A stretch of DNA of 64,000 nucleotides from the human T2T-CHM13v2.0 reference genome, Homo sapiens. The position numbers were made by a program, and so were the translations under genes. Below are positions 1 to 15,586 of the stretch, one piece after another. The notes under the pieces are model-generated. The model did not search any database. It saw only the letters and a program-made list of their open reading frames with translations, and had not been told where the DNA came from. Location: assembly GCF_009914755.1 (NCBI RefSeq), contig NC_060939.1; one strand, written 5' to 3'. Position 1 is the stretch's first letter, and each line of letters begins with the position of its first letter.

Positions 1-1
1 T

Positions 2-345
<344 letters not shown>

Positions 346-736
346 GTGCTGCTTCTTTTAGGGAAAAACACTAAGATAGGGAAAGCTAAGTTATTCTTTT
401 TTCTCCATGGCCATCAAAGTCCTTTGGCTTAGTTTCTCTTGCTAACGAGGCTCTGATGTCTCCCCTGTAGCAGCAGCATCAACAGAGCCTACTGGCTGCA
501 CTCACCCCAAATCTTTATTATTTTTAGATCTAATCTATGGCAGATCAGATATTAAGATTTTAATATATTTTAATATATGTGGCAAATCACTAGACAGAAA
601 TTTAAAAAGAGAATAAGAGGAATGCTCCCAGATATAAAAGAACAAAGGGGATATGTAAACACATACCAAAATTGTATCTCTAACTATGATCTCATTGAAA
701 GATAGCATTAGAAGTTTGTTAAAAATGATTTCTCCT

Positions 737-1050
737 GCTGGGTGCAGTGGTTCACGCCTGTAATCCTAGCATTTTGGGAGGCCGAGGTGGCCAAATTGCC
801 TTAGTTCAGGAGTGTGAGGCCACCTGGGCAACATGGTGAGACCCTGTCTCTACTAAAAATACAAAACATTACCCGGGCGTGGCGGTGCATGCCTGTAATT
901 CCGGCTACTGGGGAGACTGAGGCAGGAGAATCACTTGAACCCAGGAGGCGGAGGTTGCAGTGAGCCGAGATCATGCCACTGCCACTGCACTCCAGCCCGG
1001 GTGACAGAGCGAACTGTGTCTCCATAAACAAAACAAAACAAAACCAAAAG
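737..1050 (+). mobile_element. AluS
   Basis: full Alu dimer with A-rich tail. Confidence 0.9.
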
Positions 1051-1527
1051 AAATGCTTTCTTCTGCATGACATAACAGGAAATGTAAAATACTGTGTCTT
1101 CCTAGCCAAGACAACAAAGTTAAGTGCATTTGCAGCTTCCTTATTCAAGGCAGCATGTATACTTCTACATGATCAACTATCTGTCACCATCATCTTATAG
1201 AAAGAGTCATACTATTGGGGCACAGTTCATTTAAAATTAATGCTCATCAGCTACTATATTTCACATAAAATCAAAACTTGTGAACATGTGTGACTGTATT
1301 CCCCAAATCATAATTTAGTCCAATAATAAAAATCATACATAATTAACAAAAAGTTATATAATTACTAGAGGCAACCTATATAAGAATACATTCATTTTAT
1401 ATATTAAGACATGACTTTAAAATAACTAGGAGTTTGTGTTATGCCCTGATACTCCCAGTTGTGTGGCAAAGAAAAGATCAATTTAGAAAGTAAAACAATA
1501 AATACGTTCAGATACATCAATATTCAC

Positions 1528-1644
1528 CTGGGAAAAAAGATGGCCATCCTCTTCTCTACGAACAAGATTGGAAAGGTAACAGTGAACCAGAAGGTGGGAA
1601 TCATCCAGGATGGTATTAAACCAGCGCCTTGTGGGTAGCAGGGC
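1528..1644 (-). CDS. AQR: AQR exon 11 ([39 protein letters not shown]); gene continues beyond window start
   Basis: ttcccag| ... CAG|gtgaat; 117 nt; exons 1-11 sum to 900 nt in one open frame. Confidence 0.96.
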
Positions 1645-1887
1645 CTGGGAAAAACAAACATCATAACAGTAAGTTTGCATCTATTCTCCACAGCTAGAAG
1701 TGAAATCTAGTGATATTTAACTCTCAAGTATTAATCACATACAAGGTACCCTCCAACCTTCCAATAGACACACTGTATACAATGCAAGAGGTCCCGTTCA
1801 TGCTGTAAATAAACCCAGTGGCAATGTTTTTGGTTTTAAAAACAATAATGATGATAAAAGAACTTTTAAGATAAAATTGAAAATAAA

Positions 1888-2185
1888 GGCCGGGCGCGGT
1901 GGCTCATGCCTATAATCCCAGTGCTTTGGCGTGGCGGGTGGATCACCTGAGGTCAGGAGTTCAAGATTAGCCTGGGCAACAGGGCAAAACCCTATCTCTA
2001 CTAAGAATACAAAAACTAGCTAGGTGTGGTGATGGGCGCCTGTAATCCCAGCTACTCGGGAAGCTGAGGCAGGGAGAATTGCTTGAACCCAGGAGGCAGA
2101 GGTTGTCTTGAACCAAGATCGTGCCACTGCACTCAAGCCTGGATTACAGAGCAAGACTGTCTCAGAAAAAAAAAGAAAGAAAGAA
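1888..2185 (+). mobile_element. AluS
   Basis: GGCCGGGCGCGGTGGCTCA start, A tail. Confidence 0.9.
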
Positions 2186-3041
2186 AATCTAGCACTAAGG
2201 AATCTCACAGATCATCTTGGCCAGTAGTTTTCCAACAAAATCCTACATAAAATCCCAATATATACCGTGTGTATGTTTAAAAGTGGAGTTGCTCTGAGAA
2301 AAAAGGAAGTACAAATCCCTATGTGGAGATTCCTGTCTTTGTTTCCTCTCCTCATGTTCCCCTACACTATAGCTTGAAAATTACTAATCTAATCAAATAT
2401 CCTCATTTTATAGATGAAGTTATTGAGATCCTCAGAAGTTAGAAGTTAGTTACTGGCAGAGCTAGAATTTGAAAGATCTCATGAATGACTGCTAGTCCAA
2501 TATGCTAATACTCATATCAAAAAACCACCTTACTTCTCCAGACAAGGAACAGATTTTCTTTCAATTTCTCTCATTAATGAGAGAAAGGAAAGGAAATCAA
2601 TTCAATCTGAACTACATCAATTCTGTGTCTGAACTTGTCAGCAAATCCTGCACCTAAGAGTATGAAATCTTTTTTTTTTTTTAAGAATCTTTATTTTAAA
2701 AAATTGAACACAACAGCTATATTTTTCTTCACAAACATTGGGCACATTTAGAAAAGTGAGATTATTTAAAGAGACAATTATAAACCCATGACTTCACCCA
2801 CTACAGAAAACTCTGTATGAGGGGTATTAAAGTATGACACAAAATAAATTGTCACTGCTGGACTCATGTTTAATAACTATACTATGTAATGTTTTTTCTA
2901 CAAACAACAGCCCATGATAGATGAGTCAGTCATTTGAAAACCTGAAGGGCCAATTACTTGTGACTTCCTTCTCTAAGTGACACCTTGAAACATGTACAAA
3001 GTAAAACCAGTTTGAGGTGATGAATAAATACTTCATATAGA

Positions 3042-3397
3042 CCAGGCACGGTGGCTCACGCCTATAATCCCAAGCAATCCTCCTACTTGGGAGGCCAAGG
3101 TGGAAGGATTGCTTGAGCCCAGGAGTTCAAGACCAGCCTGGGAAATATGGTGAAACCCCGTCTCTACAAAAAACACAAAAATTAGCTGGGCGTGGTGGTG
3201 CCCAACTGTAGTCTCAGCTGATCAGGGGTCTGAGGTGGATCAGGAGGATCACTTGAGGCCTGGGAGGCGGAGGCTGCAGTGAGCCGAGACAGCGCCACTG
3301 CATTCTAGCCTTGGTGACAGAGAAAGACCCCATCTCAAAGAAAAGAAAAGAAAAGAAGAAAAGGAAAGAAAAGAAAAGAAAAGGGAAAAGAAAAAGA
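3042..3397 (+). mobile_element. AluJ with (GAAAA)n tail
   Basis: GCTTGAGCCCAGGAGTTC J diagnostics. Confidence 0.85.
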
Positions 3398-3780
3398 ATT
3401 TTTTTCTTAATGTATTTTTATTGTATTTTATTGTATTGTATTAATTTTTTATTAATGTATAATCTATATTAATAAATATTGTATACAATACTATATTATT
3501 ATACAATCCATGGGCACCCAATATGTATTGTATTATTATATAATACATATGTATATAATAAATATATACATATTTACCTTTAATATATTTTAATTAATGA
3601 GAGAAAGGAAATATATACCTTTCCTTTCTCTCATTAATGTGAGAAATTGAAATATATAATAAATATATACATATGTATTGAAAAGAAAAGGAAAGAAAAA
3701 AATACTTCATATATGGTCATATGCTTAATCTTAGACCCCCTAATGATTATATAACAAAAAAGTCACGGTAGATTTCTTAC

Positions 3781-3845
3781 CTCTAGATCAATCATAAGTT
3801 CAATGAATCTTTCACAGTAATGAACTTTGTCCATAGTGACAGGTT
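3781..3845 (-). CDS. AQR: AQR exon 10 ([21 protein letters not shown])
   Basis: tgtctag| ... GAG|gtaaga; 65 nt, phase 1-0. Confidence 0.95.
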
Positions 3846-5627
3846 CTAGACATAAGAGAGAACGCATGATAGAATTTCCTTACTAGGCCATTTTGCATGC
3901 TGTTTCTGAAAACTGGCAGTTATTTAATAACTTAAATAAAGTCAATTGTCTTTTATTCATCAGAATTGGACTATGATTTAGAATGAGGATCTCACATATA
4001 TATTTTTTTAAGGAAGGCCTTACCCTGATACTTAGCTCTACAAATATGAGAAAATAAAAGATCTAGCTTGGGTCAAAAGCACATTTTAAAAATCAGGTTT
4101 GCAAAGATATTTTAAAAGTATTAACCTTTAAAAATCTGTATTAAATTAGATTTTGAAAAAACTTAGAGATATAAAAACTAGAAGGCAGTTTTATATCAGG
4201 TTTTGCTTCACTTTCCTTATTGTCTTTACATTCTAAACTTCTGAGAGTTTTCTCGTATGTATAAACACACACATACGTATATGTACACACACACACCTTT
4301 AAAGTGCACTGAAAATTAGAGAGGTAATTTTTATTATTTTTTTCCACTGTACATGTATTACTTTAACATTAGAATGCCAATGACACAAAGAACAATAAAA
4401 ATACCTTTTAAATCACTAGCTTATTATATACTATTTATGAGCATAGTATACTATTTTTACAAACATTTATTTTTGTTTTTAAATAATTACAACCTTGGGG
4501 CATGAAATATTTTCAGAGTAAAAGCTTTTTTTCTAATGCCAGGAAATGGTCTACCATTTTGCCAACTAAAACCATCCTGTCAAGTTGGTTTCAATTAAAA
4601 CAAAGATAATTTTAGGTTTCCTGTTGCTACTTAGTTTAAAAACTTACAGCAGTGACTAACACCCAGTGCCAGATCTATAGAAGGCATCCTACAAATGCTT
4701 ACATAAAAATCCATTTATTTATTTGTAGTGTACAGGAAAACGGAAAGCTTAATGTAAAGCAAGAAATGTGAATACTTTTGTGATTAATATATACAGAAAT
4801 GTTAACTGGAACTTTTTCAGCTAGCATATGCCCATAATCCAAACCCTGAAATAACAGAAGTATAGAAATTATTAGCTGGAAAAGACCTTTGAGAGCATCT
4901 ATTCTAGATCTTCATTTTCTAGGTAGAAAAACATGATCAGAGAAAATGACCTGATAAAGGTGTAAAGCTAGAATGGTTGGTTAGAACTGGAACCCTGGTT
5001 TTCTGAGACATACATATACAGTCATTTAAAATAACAATTTAAAGGAGCAATTTTTAAATTAAATCCATTCGAACCAACCTTTTGTTGCTATCTTTTGTTC
5101 TTGTAACTGTCAAAGGAAAACATTTTTTCCCAAACTAAAAGAGTGAGCAAATTCTGAATTCTGTATCTTTATTTACGTCTTGACAAATTACTGGAAATGG
5201 CCTATTTAAAATTAGAAAACAATGCATGGTGCTCTGGTGACTAAAGTTGCATGTTTTTTTATGAGAGCTGGTCCTACTGGGCATGTTGCCTAAGGTAGAA
5301 ACCTTGCTATCCCAATTTCAGACACAAATATATCCTTATCATTTGTCTCAGCTATACTGTAACTTTTTTTCCCTTCTAACAGCAATCTTAACATCTCAGA
5401 CTATCCTGCACAGATTTCCAACAACTCATCTGGGCATTCTGTTTTTAATGACCCTATTTTAAAAAGGAAACTACAATCCTTCTCAAAATATTTAAAAAAT
5501 TAGCCTTCTGTTTCCTAACTACACAACCATCTATCTTCATACCCATTCTGAACTGGCAAATTACTGTCATCATCCTGTTAGTTCCTTTGCCAGCAAGCTG
5601 ACAAATTTTGATAAAAACTCAAGATTA

Positions 5628-6064
<437 letters not shown>

Positions 6065-6227
6065 TTAGAGATATCAATTTTTATTACAGACATTAGTTCT
6101 ATAGACGTTAGTAGCTCAAAGCGCTCAATGTTATTCTTTGTGCCAAGAAAACCCAATCTTAGTCCTCTTTCCAGGTTTGAAGGCACTTAGTGGAAAGATT
6201 TAGATATACTAACATTAAGAGACTTAA

Positions 6228-6534
<307 letters not shown>

Positions 6535-6784
6535 AAAACATTTTCTTTATACTAATGCTAGTAGTAGTACTGTGCCCTAAGTCAGATACAACTGATTTAC
6601 TGCATTGGTATCAATTCCTCACTGAATCGTAGCTAAGATTTTCAATTGTAAAATATTACTTGGAGGGTCAGCATTTATAACTCATTCCATTGTGTTTTTT
6701 TAAAAGCTGTACTTTCTGATGCAAAAATATAAATATGGTATACCTATATAAATATGGTATACCTATAGAGCTGTTCTTAGATTA

Positions 6785-7111
<327 letters not shown>

Positions 7112-7461
7112 TTAAACAATTATATTTTAATTATATTTTATAATTTTAATATAGTATATATATATACTTACTTTTTAAATCAGTAAATGGAGCTATGATG
7201 GAGGAAAATCCTTCTATTTAGTCTTTTAGCTCATATCTCAGTAATATTTCTCCTTTTTTCCTCCAACGGTATCAATAGGACTTAAAAACACTATTCAGCA
7301 CCATATTATAAATAACATGCAAATATGGTCTGTAATTTTCCTCTTCACAACTGTATCCCAGCACCTTAGACAGGACCTGGATCTAGTAATTAGGTGATAA
7401 AAAATTTGCTACATAAAGGAATATTTCAATAACCACACTGGTGCCTTTAAAATAACCCTTA

Positions 7462-7873
<412 letters not shown>

Positions 7874-7946
7874 TTAGAGATGAGTAAATACCATAGGGGC
7901 AGCTATATGATAATTTCACAAATGCACTGAGTAAAAAAGAAGATAC

Positions 7947-8023
7947 CAGAAAGTGGGACTGATTTCAGCACAGAGATAAACTTCTGGATGAGTTGTGAAA
8001 GAAATCTCCTCTCTTGATATGCC
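7947..8023 (-). CDS. AQR: AQR exon 9 ([26 protein letters not shown])
   Basis: attttag| ... G|gtatct; 77 nt, phase 2-1. Confidence 0.94.
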
Positions 8024-8222
8024 CTAAAATCAGAAAGAACATTGACCAATTATTTTTGAAGAATAGTCATTTCAAAAGTAAACTTTAAATGTTGACCACG
8101 GCTTTCCAATATTGTTCAACTGTTCATTTCTTTGTGAAGCTGGGACTATAACTTCAATATACAGCTTCTTCTTTCTATGTAAATACAGTGCTATATGAAG
8201 AAAAGGAGAGTCACATTACTGA

Positions 8223-8577
<355 letters not shown>

Positions 8578-8999
8578 GAGACACAGCTCCCAGCCAAACA
8601 TTTTCATTTGTGATTTACAAGTCAGACCGAGAAAGAAGTTTCAAAATTCCATTTATAGTCTGCCCTTACCATTAAAAATCTCACATTTAATGTAGTTAAA
8701 ATGAGATGAACAATATTATATTTTAACGTTTAAGTATAATAGAGTATTACAATAGCTAAAGATCAAATGTTTAAAAAATAATTTTCTATTCATTACTACT
8801 TTAAGATATATCCATTAATGAACAGACATGTATCAAGTATCGTACAGCTGTAAATGCTTGTAACAGTCCTGCTGGAAATACAAAGAAGGGGAACGGCTAA
8901 AATCTACTTGCAATAACAAGTCATATATTATAAACACAATTAGTAATACATGCCAGTATGTGATTAATAAAACTGCCTGACATTAATTAAGCACGCATT

Positions 9000-9190
9000 T
9001 TGCCAGGATCTGAGCTATGCTAAACACTTCACATCTTATTTAATATTGATAACAGTCCTCGGAAATGGGTACTACTGTCCAGATTTCACAATGAGGCTTA
9101 GAGGTGAAGTAACTTGCCCAAAGTCATACAGCAATTGAGTGTGGAATCTAGCTAAGTCTGATTGTAGAACCTACATCCTCAACTACTATA
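9000..9190. mobile_element. MIR
   Basis: GAGGCTTAGAGGTGAAGTAACTTGCCCAAAGTCATACAGC core. Confidence 0.6.
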
Positions 9191-9457
9191 CATATCCCAA
9201 TCATTACATAAACAGCTGGTGTTTCAAAAAAAAATCACAGAGCATGTGTTCTAGGAGTTCAGATGAAAGCACTATGATCTAAAGTAGTTGGTCTGGAAGA
9301 GTGTTTATATGGTTAATATTCAATTAAGTGGAGTGAAGAGGAAAGGGACTTAGGAAAGAAATGCTAAAGAAGCAATGACTAGAGTAGTCCAGTGATTTGC
9401 AAGAGTCACAAGAAACAGCTGCAAGCTTCTGAAAACCTTGTAAGAAGTTTAGAGTTA

Positions 9458-9755
<298 letters not shown>

Positions 9756-10108
9756 GAGTGAAGGAGTAAGAAAAAGAAAGAGAAGTTATATTAATAGCCT
9801 GAAGATAGTGGAGAAAATTGAGAACCATCCATGAGGGAGACGGACAATAGGCAGGGAGAAAAACAGTGGGTCAACTATATATACTTAGCAGCACAGAAAG
9901 AAGGAAAAGAAGAAAAGCATGATGCTCTGGCTTCTGCTTTAGATCTTTGTGGAAAATATTCTTAATGACAGTCTAGGTAAAAGCACTTATTATAATAATT
10001 TATTTGCACTCAGCACTATATAAAGGGAAACAACAAACCAGTCAACATCATCTAAGGTCCACAATCCAGCATAATAAGCCAACATGAAATGAAGCTCTGC
10101 CAACATAC

Positions 10109-10209
10109 TGTTCTCTTGCTTCTGGATCCATCTTTTCATCATTCTTTTTAATCAAGTTCCAGAATTTTCTTAGCTTAGGTGTCTTTTTTAATTCTAATTC
10201 CAATCGTGC
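10109..10209 (-). CDS. AQR: AQR exon 8 ([34 protein letters not shown])
   Basis: cttcag| ... CA|gtatgt; 101 nt, phase 0-2. Confidence 0.95.
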
Positions 10210-11221
10210 CTGAAGAAGAGATGTGTTATTAAATTACCAGTAGCCTCAAAGTTTACAAGGATAAGGATTAGATCAACTATTTGCTAGTTTTCTAATATAT
10301 GAGTACAAAATAGAGCAATCTGATAAAACCTGAAAATAACATGACAAACCCTGAAAATTAAGAAATGAATAACGATATTTTAAAAAATTATTCAACTCTA
10401 GCTCTTGTTAATAAAAATACAAATCAAGATTGTAAGCTCAATAATCAATTAATTTTTTATTTCAAAACTTAAAGAGCTAAGTCTGAAAAATATATGCATC
10501 AACACTTAGCATAATCACTAAGGTTTGAAAAATATGAGTCTGAAACAATGCACAAAAAACAGCGATCACAAGTAAATAAGGAAATGTCCACATCAGCATA
10601 TTCTCTCTTATAGCACTTGCCACTTTTTAACTTAGTATTAATTATTTATACGTGCCTTATGTTTTCATCCCCATCAACTGGTGCTTATAAATGAGTCTGC
10701 ATATCTGAGTATATGCAGAAACACCCATGTGCAGGAAGGGAAATTCTGAATAAAGCATTACAATGAAATCTGATAGTTTTAACTAAACTACCTAAGATGT
10801 ATTAATTTGGCTTTGGTACCTGCACATATTACCCAATAAAGACTTTATGGAAAAATGGAAGTCATTAATATTAGGTATGATCCAGATCTTCTCCTACAGC
10901 TATATATATACTCTAATCAAGGAAAAAAAAATTCAAGTCCACATTTAGTCTCATCTATACTTTGCTAAATTAACCCCCTTTCTCTATAAGCTCAATAGAT
11001 ACTACCTTATTCATTTTATATTACTAAAATTAAGTTAAACATCGAATGCATATAAAAACTTTAAAATAAAAACTATATCTATGAAAAGTTAAGCAAAGTG
11101 GCTTTTCTAAGAAAAGGGGTATTTAGCTACCACTTGTATATCCAGATTAAGGCTATAGACTAAAACCACACGTTCTACTTATAACACATACATTCATAAG
11201 ACTCTGAAATTAGAGACTTAC

Positions 11222-11290
11222 CAGCTGTAAGCCCATCCACATTGGGAGGGAGATAAGCTGCTGTACTTGACTTCGTATCAAGTCTACTTC
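11222..11290 (-). CDS. AQR: AQR exon 7 ([23 protein letters not shown])
   Basis: aaacag| ... CTG|gtaagt; 69 nt, phase 0-0. Confidence 0.95.
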
Positions 11291-11451
11291 CTGTTTAGGG
11301 CATGAAGAAAATAAGTTTATAAACATACCAGCATTTCTACCTAAGTCTTTACATAAGAAGTATACTGCCTTTTTAAGTCCTGGAGGGAAAACATGCCACA
11401 AATATTTTCAAGTTAATATTTTGATATTAAGAAGTTCAATGCTTTAAAAAA

Positions 11452-12089
11452 GACTCCATCCTTATTATCTACAGATTTTGTACTTGCAAATTCATATACT
11501 AATAAAAATGTATTTGTAACCCCAAAATCAACACTCCATGTGCTTTCACAGTCATCCAGATGGCCCAAACAAAAATCTGAGTTGTCCGACGTGCACATTC
11601 TCAGGTGAGACTGAGCTGATGCTCTGCTTCATTCTCAGCTCTCATACTGTAAGAAACAAGTATCCTTTTTGTGGTCTATTGAGTACTATTTTTTTTGGCA
11701 CGCTTGTGCTTTTTGATGATTTCGCTGTTTAAAATGGCAACAAGCCCAAGGCTGAAGTGCTGTCTGATGTTCATGGGTGCAAGAAGGCTGTGATATGTCT
11801 TACAGAGTAAATACGTATGTTAGATAAGCTTCGTTCAGGCATAATTACAGTGCTGTTGGCAGTGAGTTCATGGTTAATGAATCAATAATATACAATAAAT
11901 AAGCTGTCTTTAAATAGAAACACACATAAAATAAGGCTATGTATTGATAGTTTGTAAAATGTCATGACCAAGGCTTGCAGGAACCTAACCCTGTATTTCC
12001 CCAAGGAGTAATGGTTCAGCATTAGCTCATTCAATGTTCATAGCTACTTTATAAAATGAACATAACTACCTCAAATAAGAACTGACTGC
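11452..12089 (+). mobile_element. TcMar-Tigger DNA transposon, MER82-like
   Basis: hallmark segments TTTGTAACCCCAAAATCAA, GTTAGATAAGCTTCGTTCAGGC, GCAGGAACCTAACCCTGTATTTCCCC. Confidence 0.75.
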
Positions 12090-12190
12090 ATATTTTAAAA
12101 GATAAAGCATTTCAATAATAAACTAGTTTGGTAAGTTGGCTAAAACTATCACCAAATTACTAATACTAATAAAATCTTGTTTCTGTTTAG

Positions 12191-12693
<503 letters not shown>

Positions 12694-13497
12694 AATAAAT
12701 GTTAAAGAGATAACAGTGGTATCCAGTGCAGGCATCATAAATCTTTTTTTATGCCTTTAAAAGATCCATGTGAGATAGTACATGGAAACAGGTAATAATC
12801 ATCCATCTATTAACACTCAGTCTTCAGAATAAGAAAGAACTCCATGCATTCCTCCTGCATGGGTGTAAGTGAATTATCAATTCAGAGGCACTAAATAAAT
12901 ATGTGTATTTATCAGCTAACCACACAGGAAAGCTCAAATAAAATATTACTGAAAATATTTAATTTTTTAGAAGATAATCTTATGAAGGATGAAAATGTAT
13001 CACACACAAGACATTTTCAAAGATCATTTACACTTGGCCTTTATCAGTCAACTCAAAATACAACTCTCCTGTTGACTAACCAGCCTATGCATAAGGCATG
13101 ATGAAAAGCAATGAAACTACATTCCTGTATGTATATGCAGTTTGTGGCACAGATCTCATTACTCCAATTCCATATAACCAGTCTCCTTGCTGCTTCTCAT
13201 TTTTGTGCTCTCCCTTTAGAGTTTCAGTTCTTATAATCATTTTTCTTAAGAGTCTAGATAGAAAAAATTAAGTATCAATTTCAAATCTATTAAAAAGTGA
13301 ACATATCTTATAAAAACATATCTTAAAGACTTATAAAATGGTTTTACTGATAAGTGGCTGAAATCAAGCTTTTAGCATTATCCTTATTGCCTGCTATTAT
13401 GGATGAATGGAGTTGGCTACAGAGGTAATTTCATCTAAACTCAACCTAAAAGAACAAGAAAACTTGAAAATTACCCCAAAATATAAAGTAAAAGTAC

Positions 13498-13638
13498 CAA
13501 ACTATTGAAGCAATGATCAAGAAAAAGTAGTAAGACTGTCTGTTCATGAAGTGAAAATTCACCATCAGTTTCAGCTAATGCCGCCTTCAAGATGTGTTTA
13601 AAAAAGAATGGGAAGTGGTCTGGCTTCTTCTTAAAAAT
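13498..13638 (-). CDS. AQR: AQR exon 6 ([13 protein letters not shown]...HCFNSL)
   Basis: ttttcag| ... TTG|gtactt; 141 nt, phase 0-0. Confidence 0.95.
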
Positions 13639-15198
13639 CTGAAAAGAAACAGAATAAAATTCATTTTGTATTGGCTTGCTCACTTAAGCTTTAAAGAAGC
13701 CCTAGTAGGCTTTTTAGCAGTCTATTAAAAAAACCAAATAATTACAAAAGGGTTATTTGTATATGTATAAAAGAAGCATCACGTGCTTACTTATAATTAA
13801 TGGCAAGTCAAATACAGGTTTCTGACAGGACTATGAGAGAGCTGCAGAACCCTTTAGCTAATAAAATAATGGCTTTCATTTCTTTAGTTTTTCCTCTGTG
13901 GATTATGCCTGTATTTAGCTTAGGCTTTGTTTTCTTATTAAGGATCTGAAGTGTTTTAATTTCTCTGATTTAAACAAAAGAAACTACATCTTTAGCAAAA
14001 ATTGTAGTTTTCACACTGTAATTAATCTCAAGAACAGCCCCTCCTGCTTTATATTAGCTCTTTACTCTTAACTTGTAAATAATGTAAATATATTCAAGCC
14101 TCTTTGACCTACCTCTGTTTCTAGTTACTGCCACAGACAAATGCTCCAAGCGTGTGGTCTATACTAGTTGTTTTCATTCACTTCTCTAAGACAAGCTCTC
14201 CTGAAGCTGTATGGCTGTCAAGTCCTATGGACCCTTATTAACTCTCAACTCCTTTTCACCATATTGAAGGCTCTTCTTCTTTTGCCTGTTATCTAAACCG
14301 CAATATTCGTAGGGTTCTAGCCTCATTCTTCTCCCTCTATTACTTCAACCACTAAATACCAATGATTCCAAATATACATCTGCAGTCCAGATTTCTCTTC
14401 TGAGCTCTCAAACCTTAGATTCCTCTACTAGATGACTTAATCTAGATATTCCAAAGGCAATTTAAACTGAATATGTCCAAATTCAATTCAACAGTTTTGT
14501 ATCCTCCAAATTATTCCTCACTCTCTATTACCTATCTTGGTAAATGGCACCATCATATATTATATTCATTTGCCCAAGCCTGGAAGGTTATTGAAAATAA
14601 CACCCTTTCCTAATGCTACTTCAACTGATTATCAAATTCAATCAATTCTACCTTCTACATCTCTGTATATCCTCTAAATCTGTATTATCATTTCTCTATT
14701 TCAAGGCCTAATCACCAAAGTGATCTTTATAACAGGTAAACTGACCAGGTTATTCCCTGGCTCAAAAAATTTTCCTTCTTCCTTTCTGTATTTCTATAAT
14801 AGCTTGAAGCAACTTGAAGAAACCCCTAGGCTCTCTTGATAGTGACATAAAACCCATAGTTTATTCTGAGCTCTAATGTGCCCTGAGATGGTAGTCATTT
14901 AATGAATATTTGAGATAAGTGTCCATGGTTTTATCTTAAAGACTCTATCACCTTTTCACTTTGGTGACCATTTACTCAAAACAGATGACAGGCATCCATT
15001 CCTTTTTTTCATTTAAAAAAGTCTGACTGGAAGAGAAGAAACTCTTGATGAAGTGACCATTATATGGCGGGCAAAGAAAACAAAGATTTTGGATCCCTAC
15101 TGATCAAGCTTCTGTTGCACCAGCACAAAAAGGAAACATCAGTGCATTAGAAATTTCTAAAAGGAAAAATAGATCCCAAATCAAGGACAAAAAGAACA

Positions 15199-15500
15199 GG
15201 CCAGGCACAGTGACTCATGCCTGTAATCCCAGCACTTTGGGAGGCCGAGGCGGGTGGATCATCTAAGGTCAGGAGTTTGAGACCAGCCTGGCCAATATGG
15301 TGAAACCCCATCTCTACTAAAAATACAACAATTAGCTGGGCATGGTGGCGGGCACCTGTAATCCCAGCTTCTTGGGAGGCAGAGGCAGGAGAATTGCTGG
15401 AACCTGGGAGGCAGATGTTGCAGTGAGCTGAGATCACGCCATTTGCACTCCAGCCTGGATAACAAGAGCTAAATTCAGTCTCAAAACAAAAAACCAAAAG
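15199..15500 (+). mobile_element. AluS
   Basis: full dimer. Confidence 0.9.
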
Positions 15501-15586
15501 AACATTGAAATTATAATGTAAGCATCTGTCTTGACTTTGGTAACTTTTTTTATTCATGTAAAACTACAAATATAAACTCCCTCTTG

